From: Dipteris shenzhenensis
Taxonomy: Eukaryota
Reading direction: 5' to 3' (one strand)
NCBI GenBank assembly: GCA_047967505.1
Contig: CM106538.1
DNA: 64,000 bases
Shown here: piece after piece, positions 1 to 13,615 of the stretch
How positions within the stretch are numbered: position 1 is the stretch's first letter
How the letters are laid out: each line of letters begins with the position of its first letter
Notes under the pieces: generated by a model
What the model saw: the letters and a program-made list of their open reading frames with translations, nothing else
Told to the model about the DNA's origin: nothing
The model's database searches: none
Made by a program: the position numbers and the translations under genes

Positions 1-305
1 TATCGTATGTATATGTGGAAGCCTCAACAGGTTGCTGTGTTTGTATGTAGGATTTATGCTAAAAGCATGCACAATAGTCTCGTGATTCACCGTGGCTTTA
101 ATTATAAGAAAACCAATAGGGTATTCATGAAGATCAGCTCTTGCTAAATGGTTATATGTGTGTGTGTGTAGATAGCACATACACACTTTTTTTTTGGGGG
201 GTGAATTTTTTAATGCTTTATATTACATAGAAGCTTCCCCTGAATGAGGAGCCCAACATGACATCAGACACACACACACACACGCGCGCGTGTGTGCGTG
301 CGTGT

Positions 306-582
306 GTACGTATAGGCTATGATGATACTTGTAGGTCTAGGCTGCCCTGTTGGTCTGCTGCTGGGATTCCTGGCGCGCGCATGCGTGCATGCGTACGTAT
401 AGGCTATGATGCGCGCGTGTGTGTGTGTACGTATAGGCTATGATGATACTTGTAGGTCTAGGCTGCCCTGTTGGTCTGCTGCTGGGATTCCTGGCGCGCG
501 CATGCGTGCATGCGTACGTATAGGCTATGATGATACTTGTAGGTCTAGGCTGCCCTGTTGGTCTGCTGCTGGGATTCCTGGC
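306..582. repeat. Three near-identical copies of a ~70-87 bp unit (GTACGTATAGGCTATGATGATACTTGTAGG...GGGATTCCTGGC)
   Basis: Unit begins at 306, 427 and 514, with a partial copy at 393; copies are separated by alternating purine/pyrimidine (GC/GT/CA) runs. Confidence 0.9.
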
Positions 583-881
583 TGCTGAACTGAGCCACTG
601 AAGGCCCAAGAGCAGGATGAAGAATGAGGGCTAAGGGACTGCCTTTAATAGGCCCCTTGGGCCCCTGAAATGGCCGACTGGTGTACCCGACCCCTGCTGC
701 TACTGCACCAACTGAAGGCTCTCCATTGACCCCTGCATAGTCATTGACCAGCCACATGGCTGCTGATGTCGTCGTTGACATGGTGCCTGCTGTGCTGATG
801 CCATTTGTTGACTGGGCTGTAATCCTCTTATCAATTTCCTGCGCTGTTCACCTCTCTCAATTTTCATGTAATTTGCAGACA

Positions 882-884
<3 letters not shown>

Positions 885-917
<33 letters not shown>
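885..917. repeat. (TC)n microsatellite
   Basis: Direct reading. Confidence 0.95.
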
Positions 918-921
<4 letters not shown>

Positions 922-1099
922 AAACAACTAGGGCCCATGACAACATTTCGGGCTGGACCGCCCCAAGGTATTTTATTACTAGAAGGATTTTGTACAGAGA
1001 GTTCAGCGTAGAGCTGTGTTCAGAAATTCAAAAAGTGCAATATTTACAAGAGCTCAAGGCTCCCGGATTAGAGGCAACATGCCACTTGTCCAATTTCTA

Positions 1100-4080
1100 G
1101 CCTAATTCTAATCCCATGTCCTTGGGTAAGGTCCTCTTAGCACTTGGTCTCGAGAATAACTCCTAGTCGCTCGCGAGGCTCTGCAATGCCCAAGTCTAGA
1201 ACCTTCCTTATACCTGCAACAATTAAATAAAGCGCATAACCATGGCACCCATTTATTGTTAGCGCTTTGCATGCAAAAAATCAACTCTGGACTAATCCTA
1301 GTCATTGTGGGCGTCCCCACTGAACACATGTGCGCACATAACAAAAAATGATTGGTGAATTTGGAATCCCTGTGGGAACAATGATACGGGACATGCCACA
1401 CGTGGGATACCACCATTTGAGAAAAAGACAAGATGTGTCTTGTGCGTCAATGGTGCCCTTGCATGGAATAAGCATGACAAATCTGTGAAACCTGTCAACA
1501 ATGGTTAGGCACACGGTATTCCGGGTACCAATAGCTGGTGGAAGGTCTGTAACAAAATGCATGCTAATTTGCTCAAAAGGCTGATCTGGAATCTCAAGGG
1601 GCTGAAGTAATATTGGCAGCTTCTCGTGGGATACCTTCACTTCCAATGAGATACATATTGATGAACATCATTACGTAAATGAGGCGAGAAAAATTTACGC
1701 TTGATCTTCTCGAGAGTGCTTGCAACTCCTCTGCGTCCGCCTGTTGAAGAATCGTGAATATCATAGAGAATTGTAGCATGGTATGGAGGCAACACACATA
1801 GGCGTCCTTTGAAGAATAATCACCTGTCATGTCTATCATAGTCGTCTGGTCGTGCTTCAGCATGACTTTGTACGGTGTGTTATGATTCGTATGGTAACAG
1901 TTGCGCACTGTTAGAGAGGACTCCTGTTCTATGGAAATAAAGGTGACCATCCCTCGTCTGCTAAGAGCATCTACCATAACATTCTCTGATCTTGGTTGAT
2001 ACTTGATCATGCTGCCAAACTGGTGAGATGTCTGGGTCCATTTGGTCTGGCGATCAGACCATTGATGGTCTGAAGCCACCACAAGGCCTGATGATGTGTT
2101 TGGATTGTGAATTCTTGACCATATAAAACATTTTTCCATGTCTTGAGGGCATGGATGACTGCACATAAATCCTTGTCGTACACGGAGTATCTGGTCTCTG
2201 CGAGAATCAACTTGTGTCCATCAAATGCGACTGGGTGATTGTTTTGCTGTAGAATTGCTCCAATGGCATAATCACTGGCATCGGTCTGTACATCTAAGGG
2301 TTGATCCCATTGTCCCAATGCTAGGCATGGTGCAGTAATGATTGCCTACGTCAGCCGGTCGAAGGTTGAAAGAGCTGCTGGAGTAATGGTGATAGGCTAT
2401 TTCGTTTTACTTCTTGTAGAAGGTCAGTGAGAGAGTCCTTGATATGTTTCCTATATGCCTTGCAAATGCCACCTGAGCTATGGTAGGCACCTCTCACTCC
2501 ACCACTATATCCTTCACCTTATGTGGGTCCATGCGGACACTTATTGGAGTAATGATGAACCCCAAGTAATGTACTTCCTCCAAGCAGTGGATGTACAACT
2601 TGTTGTCCTTCAAAAGTTGAACCTGCTGAACGTGCTTTACATGCTATGCTGGACTCTTTGAGAAAGCTAGAATGTCTTCTATTCTAGAAACACAAAGACA
2701 CTCTTACCCATTAAAGGTTTGAAGATCTGGAGCAGCATACAATTGAAGGACGTGGGTGCCCTTGGGAGAAGACCGAAGGGCATCATGACGAACTCATGCT
2801 AGGCTTTCTCCGTACAGAAGGCCATCTTTTGGATATCCGGCTCATGAATCTGGATGTGGTGGTGACTCTTCAGATCAATCTTTGAGAACATCTTGGTCCC
2901 GTCAGGCACTCCAAGATGTAGTTGACGTTCCTGGATCATCACCCCTCAGCAAGCATCCTTACCGTCTCAGTAAGACGATGGAGAAGGAGCTTGAATATTA
3001 GTTGGATGAGTTGTTACGCAGTGGCTTCATCTGTCCAGCGTATGCAATTCCGATCTGTTTCATCAAGAAGAATGACAACTCAGCTCGGATGTGTGTGGAT
3101 TACTGCACACTGAATAAGCTGACCATCAAGAGCAAGTTCCCCATGATGGTCCTCTGGCCGGCTCGGTGGTAAAGTTGGAGGAAGGCTGGATGTGAGGAAA
3201 ATTTCTTGGTACTGTTGAAGCAAAGCCTCTTGTTCGGGGGTGGTGGTAAATCTGGAGGAAGGCTCGATGTGAGGAAAATGTCTTGGTACTGTTGAAGCAA
3301 AGCTTCTTGTTCGGGGGTCTTGGCTCGAACTTTTGTACTGGTTGAGTTGATGTAGACTATGTATGCCTCGTGTGCTATTTGGATTGTGGAAATCAAAGCA
3401 TGAGGCAAAGTGTTCTTGAGCCAAGAGATGAACTTACCATGATGATCCTGTCTTTAGAGTGGCTGTTGAGGCCACCTTGTTGCTCTCCACCTAAGCGATG
3501 GTATCTGAGGAGGTGAGAGACAACCTGGCTCGCTGAACGGCTTTGCTAAAATGATGCTCTTGGAACTCCCTGAATCTACAAGAATAAGGATTTTTTGGTT
3601 GCCAAGCTTCCCTTCTCTTTGTGGTTTTGATAAAAAACTTCTTGCTTTGACTCCACCAATTGACGGCTTGATAGGAACATCCTTTCCATTTGAGGACTTT
3701 GCACTCGTCTTCCAGAGATTTTTCTTTTAGGTCATAGAAAGGGATGCCCTTTTGTTTCTTGTTTGATCGCTGATTGGACTCTCCCATCCGAATTGGAATG
3801 GCAAGGACACTCTCGTAAGTAACTCTTTGCGTGCTGAGAGTCTTCATTGGTCGAAGGCTTTGATGCCCCCTCTAGCCTTACAAGGGTCTCGTCGCTCTGG
3901 TCAAAAGGTATCTGGCGTGTGGATGATGTGCTTGATTCAGCTGGTATAGTCATCTCTTTTTTCTACAGTTGTTAGAAAGTTTGCTTTGGGACAACATTAT
4001 AAGCCTACATGGCGTTTATATCACTGATGCTCCATGATTTTCAGCCAGCATGTCGTCTTGAGATCCTTGCCGCTTTAAAG
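1100..4080 (-). mobile_element. Degenerate Ty3/Gypsy gag-pol (protease region, RT, RNase H, integrase)
   Basis: Minus-strand fragments: LLQPLEIPDQPFEQISMHFVTDLP and RDSKFTNHF (integrase); QTDASDYAIGAILQQ...YSVYDKDLCAVIHALKTW (RNase H); KMFSKIDLKS (RT); LPPSRPEDH (pre-RT). Many stops and frameshifts; domain order RT-RH-IN is Gypsy type. Confidence 0.9.
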
Positions 4081-4085
4081 ATTGG

Positions 4086-4740
4086 GTGTTTCAATCAGAT
4101 GATTGTCTTTGCCATGCACTACCATTAGTTGATATCACGGTTGCAGCTTTATATAAGGTCTTGTTGCCTCCTTGGCATTCTCATCATGCCAATGCATCTA
4201 GTACATGGCACGGAGTCTCGGTGGTGGCGCAAAAGATTGCAGCACATTTCTTCGACAAAAGTTTTTCTTATGGTGGGTTATCCTTGGGGTTCTTCCCTTT
4301 GGAAAGATTTTAGCCTGTCGCCATATTGCTCCTGCCGCTTGTCGATGATGCCTGTCCACATGCGAGTCTATGCCGCATCTGTTTTGGCATTGCCTGGAGT
4401 CTCGAGATTTCTTGTTCTTTCTACAACGGCTCTGCTTCAGGACCGTTTTTCCATTGCTTCCTTTGGCAGGAGCTTCCGAGATATGATCTTTTTTTCGATT
4501 GGGTTTGTGATTGGCCACTTTGGATCCTCTGGAAGGACTGTAACCATCAGGTCTTTGGTGATCAGTTCTTCCATGCCTCGCTACGACATTCCTTTTATGA
4601 TTGTGTGCATGCATGGGACATAGATTATCCTGCTTTCTTGTCAATTAATGATGTCTTCTGATGTTTGTTATTTTTAGTCCCTTTCTTTGGGACTTTTTTC
4701 TGTAATAATAATGACACATGGATTTCACCTCAAAAAAATT
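4086..4740 (+). mobile_element. 3' fragment of an L1-type LINE ORF2 (zf-RVT region)
   Basis: SPYCSCR...H Cys motif and LWILWKDCNHQVF, which matches the conserved WxIWKxRNxxVF motif of plant LINE C-termini; frameshifted. Confidence 0.6.

Positions 4741-4792
<52 letters not shown>
4741..4792. repeat. (TG)n(AG)n microsatellite
   Basis: Direct reading. Confidence 0.95.
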
Positions 4793-4793
<1 letters not shown>

Positions 4794-4828
4794 ACTCCAT
4801 GAAATGTTGTTATGCGATTGTTGTCCAG

Positions 4829-4986
4829 CATCAAAGGGAACACCAAAATCAGTCCGGCGGTCAGAGAAGAAAGCTTCAGCACCGCCTACTGGGAAAGGGT
4901 CTAAGAGCGCTCCTATCAAGCAAGATGATGGAGCAGAGGGAAGTCCTTCGCCAACAGCATCCAAAGACTCGGATGATGTACCATTG
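4829..4986 (+). CDS. Probable internal exon of a host gene (Lys/Ser/Asp-rich disordered segment SKGTPKSVRRSEKK...SKDSDDVPL)
   Basis: TTGTCCAG acceptor ending at 4828 and GTATGT donor at 4987. The 158-bp frame is open and protein-like, and the flanks are T-rich and intron-like. Gene identity not recognised. Confidence 0.5.
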
Positions 4987-7067
4987 GTATGTTGTTTTTG
5001 GCCTGCCCTCCTAAGGGTAGGTCTTAGTAACGAGTTTCAATCTTGAAAACAAAAAATGTTTTTCATTTGTGATTATTTGGAGTCTTCATTTTGTGGCTAC
5101 CTGGCTGTGTGCCACGTCTGCTTGTTTAGCATCATTCTTTTTTGGTCATTCATCTCTCCTCCTTGTTGGGCAGGCCCGTTGAATCCGATTCACCTTGTTT
5201 CAGCGATTTTTTCTTTTCTCCTCCCTTTTTAGAATGGCCTGTAATTAGAAAAATCTTTGACATACAGGATGCATGGAAGAGCTCAAGGCGGAAGGTCCAT
5301 TAGGATTGGTACTTTTTAAAAGCTTAGGTGATATAGAAGAGGCTTATTTTACATGTGGCAGATCTTTCAGCTGGTATGTTCCGTGAACCACTTGTTTATC
5401 AAGGATTATGTCAGTGAAGGCAGATGACAGGGTTTTTATTCCCTTGGGAGCCTTTGGGCTGATACGATGTCAAGTTTAGAAATTGATGTATGCAAAGTCA
5501 AGGGTTGATCCTAAAAAATATGTTTGAATGTAGGAAATTGGGCTTCACTTCTGAAGACTTCTTTTTTGAGGAATTAGCTGATTGGCATTGGATATTTTTT
5601 AAATGTAAGAGGCGAGGCAATTATCAGCTTGTAAAAGAAGAGACGATGTGAAATTCTGTGCAATAGTGACTGGAGGGTGATATCTCCTATGGCTGTTGCA
5701 ATACTGGCACGGGAAATGGGGCTTTCATGCATGTACGTGTAGGCATAGCCTATGTGCACGTTTCAGTTCAGAGAATGTACAGAGTGATTATTCTGCATGC
5801 CTGGAAGAGATGATGAGAACTATTACATGTAGAAGCTGTATCTATCCTGCAGAATCATACGTCAAATTGGATTTTCAGTGCGGTTAAAAACCTCAGATAT
5901 GGCACAGTGCATCATATCGATATGTGATCACAGTCAGCCTAGAAATTTTGCGTCCTGTGTATTTTCCACAACTTGTAGGTCATACTGGAAATCGTGTTCT
6001 GTAGGCAGTTTTTGTATGATACTTAACAGATGCTGTAAAACCTATAGAAAGTGGAACATTTGCTTGATGGTCTAGCAGGTTTTATGGGACAGTTGTAAGA
6101 TAGAGGAGGTGCTTTAATGATTATTTTTAATCGTTTGGGATGCATGGAATACAGTTCTTGAGATGTATCCTCACGACATCAGAGTTTCTGTAAGTTTTAT
6201 ACTCAAATTCAATATCAAGCTCAGTACAACCTGTGCAAGATTTTGATGAGCTCTTTTGTGAAGGGAAAGATTGTAATGGGTCAAATTCGGTTGCCTAGCA
6301 TTTCACTTTGTGGCAATTAAGAAATGCATTTAAAGGCTACAGAATTCTGGGCTTATATTCAATGTTATGGGGACATTGTTGGATGAAGGCTTGCTGCTGC
6401 AAATCTCCAATTTAGTTCTTTTCAGATCGGGCCTTGTCTTTTCTTGGCATTAATAATACTAGTTTAGTTCTGAGAAACATAGACACTGATAGTAGTACCA
6501 GGTTGAGATCCTACATGATGTATTCCGCCAGATTATTTGACCCGGCTCCCTTTGAAAGTTGTTTGAGCGTTCAATTCCGTGAGCAATGTTTTAAGATTGA
6601 TAGCTATTCTTGTATAAATGCTGTTTCTTTAGGTTTTGATTCTAAAGGGTCTTTGATCGTGAAGTAGCGATGGTTTCTCTAATATATTGGGAGTGGTACA
6701 TATGGGATCAAAATATTTGGTTACTTGGTCTGAAATTCCTTTTGCCCTTTGTTGTGAGCAACAATGCTGTGATTCTTATTCTTGTGTATGGTTTTCTTAA
6801 GGTTATTCTCTCATTCTTAGGTGCCCACGACATCGGAAAAAATAAACTTGATTAATTAGAAGCAGAGTGCGCCTGCTTTCTTCAGGAGAGCGATTAACAT
6901 AAGCAAAAATTCAAACTTATTTTGTCGCCTTTTTGCCTTTCACGTTGCCACCTCACCGCCTCTATATAAACGCGCAACGTCAGGCAGTGGGAGGGTAGAA
7001 GCGCCCCTCAATGCGAGGGCAGGAGAGGGGAGAGAGGGCTAGAGCAAGAGAGCTAAGGGTAGAGAGG

Positions 7068-7232
7068 AGAGCGAATAGGAGAGACGAGTGAGTAGGATAC
7101 GTAGGAGTGACCAGTGAATAGGATACTTAGGTGCAAGTGGAGGGGGAGAGAATATGATATTCAGATGCGAGTGGAGGGAGAGCGAATAGGATACTTAGGT
7201 GTGAGTGGAGAGCGAGTGAATAGGATACTTGG
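7068..7232. repeat. Degenerate short tandem repeat (GAGYGAATAGGATACTTAGGTG-like), about 5 copies
   Basis: Repeated TAGGATAC cores near 7093, 7119, 7187 and 7221. Confidence 0.65.
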
Positions 7233-8269
7233 GAAAAGGGTCCCCAACGAGAATTGGGGCCAATTAATTAATTAGTTGTGATGGCGGGCGGCAAATGTTC
7301 AATTAATCTAACATAGTGAGTGCTACGTGAAATCGATTAACCAAGGCAAGTAATGAAATCGAGAAGCTTTGATTCTAGTAGTCACGTTGGCTTGAGAAGT
7401 TTTTGCGCTCGAGATGGTTCTGTAGCTTGCTATATAGATCGAGGCAAGTTGAAAAGAGCAGAGTAGAGGTGGCCCTGTGAAAGCCTCTTGAGTATTGCAA
7501 TGAGTAGCCTAAGAAGTGTTATATGACTATGTAGGGGGAAGGGAGAGGGAGAGTTCAGGGAGGGGGGGGGGGGGGGGGGGGTGTGGAGAGGACCTGAGTG
7601 GATGGAGAGGGAGAGGGGCGTTGTAACTGGGAGGGGAGAGGAAGGCCACATGGAGGGGAGACGAGGGGTGGAGAAGGGGGAGATTGTGAGGTGGAAGTAA
7701 AGTAATTAGGTTAATTGGTGTTTGAGTGGCTTTGAGGTCCCTCTGCCCCCAATCCCCTCTCGCCGCCTCTATCAAACCTATAGAAATGCTTTGAGGTCCC
7801 TCTCCCTTTCCACTTGGAATTTTCATATGATCGATTGGATTGGAGATGTAAATTGTGTAGTTTGAAAATTTTGAATATCAAACATATAGAAATGACAATA
7901 TAGTTGGGATGAACCGCATCTACCAACTCTTTAGGCTAGTCTAATGTCCTAGCGTAGATCTTATTACACACTTTGTCGACTTGTATGTCCACAGTAACTA
8001 CTTTCGGAGTCCTCTTCATCCTTGTGTAACTTTGTGTCGCCATCACGTCCTTTCAAAAGAAACCTACATTGTGAGCTTGACAAGTACCTTGGAGGAGTAG
8101 GAAAAACAATAGCCAAGGAAAATAATATTCGTCGTCTTTGCGGACGGTGTCTCATGCAAGACATAAGTACGAAGGTTGTCTAGCAAGACCTCAGGCATCA
8201 AATAAAAGCATCATAGGACTCATTTTTTGCGGGCTTAGTCTTCTGATAGAGAGCTTGGATATGTGTAGA

Positions 8270-10150
8270 TTGAAGATAATTAAGCAAGCGTGTTGAGAAG
8301 AACTACAAACGTCAAGCACTTTGCCATCATAGGCAGGGGTGGGCCTAGAAGAGGAACAAGCTGAGGGAACCTCCTCCAGATGACATCATATACGTGAGAG
8401 GGATCAAAGATAACCAAGCAAGCGTGCCACAAGAACCGCAAACGTTGACCATGTCCCCACCAGCAGGCGATGGTGGGCTTACTATAGGAGCAGGTTGAGG
8501 GAGACTCCCTTAAAACTACATCTACTTTAGGAGATGTTGCCTTTAATCTTTTGGTAGACCCGTTCTCTCGATTGTTCCACAAATCTTTTGTCTAGTCCTT
8601 GAGTCCACGTCTGGTCCAAGCTCACAAGAGAGAAACTCGCCCCTCCTTGTGATCCCTCTTCCCCCTTGTCATGAGGAAGGAAAAATACATCATGTCCCAA
8701 ATTGAAGGATTCAAATAAGTAAACCATGTACAAAGGAATCAAAAGAGAGTGGGGGAGAGAGAAAAGAAAGTGACTTATCATGGGGTGCAATCTTCCCTGC
8801 TCTAGATGGTGGCTCTTGTATTTATGATTGTACATTCCAAAAAGAAAAGAGACAATAATGGTACATAAAAAAGCATTCCTTGCCCACAATTAGAGGGATT
8901 GTTGAGCATAGCGCCTAAAGCTCCAAATATTTAAAGGCTTAAATATGCTTGCATTCAAAATTAATGAAACAAATTGGCCCACCATTTCATTATTATTGTT
9001 TAACAATATTGTTCCATGGTCTTTATCAACCATTTGATACTTTGCTTTATGCGAATTATCTTACCCACAATACTAACCATCTACTTTGGCAAAGCACACT
9101 CTAGTTAGGTGTCTGCAACTATGCCATGCAAATCATCCACTAGGATCCCTACTGCGTCCTCCGATGGCTCCTATGGAATACTTTGCCATAGTAAACATGA
9201 ATATAATCTAAAATAATAGCCCTAGCAAGCGATGCAAGAAATATAATTCTTGTTTGGACTGCAAGTAACCTCAGTCGTGTGTTTGACTTTATGGGTTAAC
9301 TAGTAGAGATGTGAAAACTCTCTCGGATATTCATCAAGTAGCATCATCAAGATGGTCAAACAATATCTTTAAGAGATCCTAGCTTTCATTAATCAAGACA
9401 TAATGAATAAGGGATTATTATATTCTTATGCAATACAAATAGAAATTACTATACTACATCGATTCATTGTTCGTGTTAGTTTGGTATAGGTTCAAGTATT
9501 TTATCTGTAAAATTTCTTAACATCTATATCGTCACATACCAGTATGATATTAAGAGATAATAACAAATACCATGCTTAATAATGTGAGTAGCAAGTTTCC
9601 TTAAGTATAAAAGGATTTTCAATGGTAACATTCTTGAATTGATTTGACTCAATGAGTTTCCAGATCTCTAGAGTCATCAATCCTATAGTTCTTAATTTTA
9701 TAATCCTTGTTTACCCTCATGGGTGGTCATATGATTCGTTTTCTTTAGTTTTTAGTCTAATTGAGTCTTGGAAAAAGCACACAATCTTCAATATCCTTGA
9801 TTCACCTAGAAACCCTATGTCCAATATAGGTAATCAATTCAAAAAGTGTAACTAATATGTCATGAGTGATAACTACTGTAATATATGACCACGAGTCATA
9901 GTTTAAGTTCTCCAACTCAATGTTGGCTAAGTACTTATCCAGAACTCTAAAAATATCAACCCTAATACCTACATGGTACCTTATATCTCATGGTCTTAAT
10001 AGTGCATATTAAACCAACCCCACCATGCAGTTACCAATATCCTTGATTCACTTAGAAAACCCTATGTCCATTATAACTAGTTTGTCTTGGGTGATAAACA
10101 CCATGGTCATGAGTCCTAGTTTAAATTTCCCAACTCAATGTTGACTTAGT
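8270..10150 (-). mobile_element. Highly decayed Gypsy RNase H/integrase/chromodomain region
   Basis: Weak minus-strand resemblance to RNase H and integrase-tail motifs; internal duplication of CAATATCCTTGATTCAC...CCAACTCAATGTTG at ~9790 and ~10036. Confidence 0.4.
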
Positions 10151-10249
10151 ACGTAAGTCCATATCAACTGCGCAACCCCCCCCCCCCCAGTTCCCCCTCC
10201 CCGATCGCCCTTAAAGAAAAAAATGGAGTGATAATCATGAGACAAAAAA

Positions 10250-13200
10250 TGTTCATTTCTCTTATTCATATTGTTTTTGGAAAATGCATTTAAAAAACAT
10301 TATTCATTAATTCAGCTAGATAGCCTAATTCTCTTATGCATTTAAAAAACATTTTTCCCTAATTGAGCTAGATAGCCTAGTGCCTTTTCTAGATTATTTA
10401 TTCAAGAGTAAGATAGCTGAGAGATTATAACCTATTTTAAGTGAAAAATTTATTATAGTACATAGTACAAATATATGAGTCAAGGTTAGATCTAGTCTTA
10501 CTACTCAATGACATTATTAAATCTATCTAATTCTCAAGTTCATTATGGAAATATATCTAATCATTTCTAGGTTTCTTAGTTTATGGTTTTGTTTCAATTC
10601 GACAAATCTAGCATGACTATTCCAATGCTATTCAATCAATCCCAACCATTCTTACAAATTTCAATTTTTGAGAGGCAATCTAAAGCTATGGAAGAAACAA
10701 ATATTCATTGGTACAACTTTTTCTTTTTTGCTATGGTTGTAATATACTATGGGAGCTATACATAGGCATGTTTATTTATTTATTTATTTATTTTCGCAAT
10801 CTTGCTATCAAGGATTACCAATATTTTGAATTTAATCTGGGCGTATTTGATAACTTAGCCAACTTGTAGAAGAATTTCAAGTTCCAATGTGCTACAAAAT
10901 CTATTAAATGTGAAACTTATGTAAGCATGTGAACTTTAAATCCCACAATTTACTTTTCTTGAGATGTGGATACATTTTAGTATGGAAATAACAATCAAGT
11001 TATAAGTTACGTATTTTTGAGTTCAATTTATTGATGGAGGCATTAAAAGTATCTGACCACAATTTCAAAATTAATCTTTTTAATTATGTTAATAATTAGG
11101 GTCCCATATGATTATCTTTAGTTTCTATTGTTTATTTTTTGAATCCCTTATATCATTTATGAGGGATCAAATTTTTTTCACACATACCATATAACTATTC
11201 ATCTTTCCCTTCACCGAATTGTCTAAAAATTTATTATTCATGATGATATTTTAGTTTCTTTTCCATAATGGTTCTTAACAACATTGTGCACAATACACTA
11301 TAAATCTTCTTATTCTCAATGGTACCTCAAGTCTAGTACTTCCATGCTATGTAATATATTTAAGTATTTTATAATGCCTGCTTCGTCATCCTTTGTGAAA
11401 TGATACAAATTACATTAATGTCCTTGGTTAAACTAGAGAGTCCTATGTCCTTTATAGCTTTTAAATCTTATAATTTATTCTTCTTCTCATAATACTCTTA
11501 TATGATTTATTAGCATTGATCTTAATATTGTATGTCATACCTTCAAAATTAATTCCTTTAGTTATTTAAGGTTGATCTATTAACCTATACAATCTCTAGT
11601 TATCTTTTATTTCTATGAAAGATTATGTATGAAATAGTAATCATAATGGAAGGGAATAATGCATATCTTCACTTGTAATGGATAAGTGTTTGTCCTTTTG
11701 TTTCTTGGTTGCTATGTGATTTCAAATTCCATATTTGATTTGAATAAGACTGAGCTCCACTTTCTCCTTTGTTAAGAGAAGATTTTTAGAGCCACTTCAG
11801 ACCTTTGCTTGATCGAGAGTTGGAGTGGTGGTTTCTTCAAACTTTTGCAAGTTCCATGTGCGGGAAGCGCTTTGCTTTGAGAAGCCCTTTTGCAAAGGCC
11901 CTCTTTCTTTTAAAAAGCTCTCCATAGCGTGCGAATCCAAAGCTCCATCGATGGAGAAGACGACGGAATCCAGAAGATTCCGTCCGAATCTTGATAGATT
12001 CCAGTTTCCCACAGTGTGACACGTGGCCCATGCGCCACGTCCTCCAATCTGCCACGTGTCAATCTTATCTGCCACGTGTCAATCCTATCTGCCACATCAT
12101 CAGCCTATCCACACTGCCACGTCAGCATTGACACGTCAGCAATCCACGTCATCAGGCCACATCATCACCGACAGCCACATCACCACCGACTGCCATGTTA
12201 CCTGCCACGTCATCAGTGACACGTCATCAGCCACATCACCTACCACATCATCAATGACACATCATCAGCCACGTCACCTGCCACGTCATCAATGACATGT
12301 CATCAGCCACAAGTACCTTTTTGGACATCCAATTTGTCCATTTTGTACCGCTTCTTGAAATATTCAGTGGAATAGATAAAGGTTCATGGATACACCTGAT
12401 TCCACGACCTTTCCTACTCAATGAATACTTATGCTACATATTTGCTTTTTTATCAAGCAATGTTTCTTAGCCTTGAGTTTTCCAAAAGTCATTTCTCATG
12501 ATGACATACTACCTCTTCTTGAATATGGATTTGTCCATTGTGATGCCTCGATTCCTTCTAAAATCTCCACGCTGTACGTGTGCTGGATTCTCAATGCTCA
12601 TTACCCGTGCAATGTTGGACAAGGACTTTAGTAAACAAGCTGAGGTTCCAACAAATTGCAGTGAAAGCACCTCCATTTTGCATGATATTGTTAATTAGAG
12701 GCATGATAAGATGGAATTGAGGATGATTATGGAGGTGAGTAAACTTTGCAAGGGAAGATTTAACAAGAATAAATACACGTCTAGTAATTGTAATATTTGT
12801 TACTCTCCCCAATGTGCTTTTATCAATGCTCATGTGCATTTTAATGCATTATGCATAGAGCGATGTGTTTCCCTCTAACTCCTCCAATGGTAACATTCCA
12901 TTCATTAGGACTTGCACTATCACATAGGCTTACTAAGACCCAACTTGGAATTATAAAACTATGACTGCCTTTAGGTGTTTCCTAATAATGTGTTAAGCAT
13001 ACCAATGTATGTTTCATTGCTAAAAGTCAATGCTTGGGACAAAGTCGCCCAAACTTGTTACTTATCAAGCTATTACAGATGCTTGAGGCATTCCCAATGA
13101 TCATGATTTGCTAGCATGGAGGTATAACTCCCATTGAATTGAAAAAGTAAAAGCACCAACCAAACATGTATCACAGATTGCTTAGGTAGATACTGCAGAT

Positions 13201-13450
13201 TTCATGACATATAGCAAGTAGCCTCTGTGCTAGTTAAAGAAATTGTCTCAATAGATATGCACAAATATCAATGGTGATTTATAAGATGTAAGAAGAGTCT
13301 TGTGGATGGGTGTGTAAAATATGATCCCTATTGGAGATATATTCATAATATCTTGCTCCATTTGTGACCCCAAAGGAGACCTACCTACTAACCTGCTAGC
13401 AAAAACATGCTTGTTCCTCTTTGGATTTAATGCAAACTGAGTATATTTAA
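10250..13450 (-). mobile_element. Highly decayed LINE reverse transcriptase region, interrupted by a GC-richer insert at ~11790-12350
   Basis: DKSTLGRVTNITITRRVFILVKSSLAK (12591-12839) resembles the L1 RT motif GD...NWRPITLL...KILAK.LA; no open frame remains. Confidence 0.5.
12016..12312. repeat. Dense array of CCACGTCATC / GACACGT / CCACATCA motifs
   Basis: About 20 variant motifs in ~300 bp; a reverse-complement-type array occurs at 60760-61130. Confidence 0.8.
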
Positions 13451-13615
13451 AGTCCTTTTTTAATCAATGAAGTACTTATTTGCATGCACATTATATTGTG
13501 ATGATGTTAGTGCAAACATGCTTGTTCCTATTTGGATTTGATGCAAACTGAGTATATTTAAAGTCCTTTTTTAATCAATGAAGTACTTATTTGCACATTA
13601 TATTGTGATGATGTT
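13399..13615. repeat. ~110-bp tandem duplication
   Basis: GCAAA(A)CATGCTTGTTCCT...ATTATATTGTGATGATGTT occurs at 13399 and at 13512. Confidence 0.9.

Noticed and set aside
528-945. Possible solo LTR ending ...CATGACAACA
   Set aside because: No second copy, TSD, PBS or PPT could be identified.
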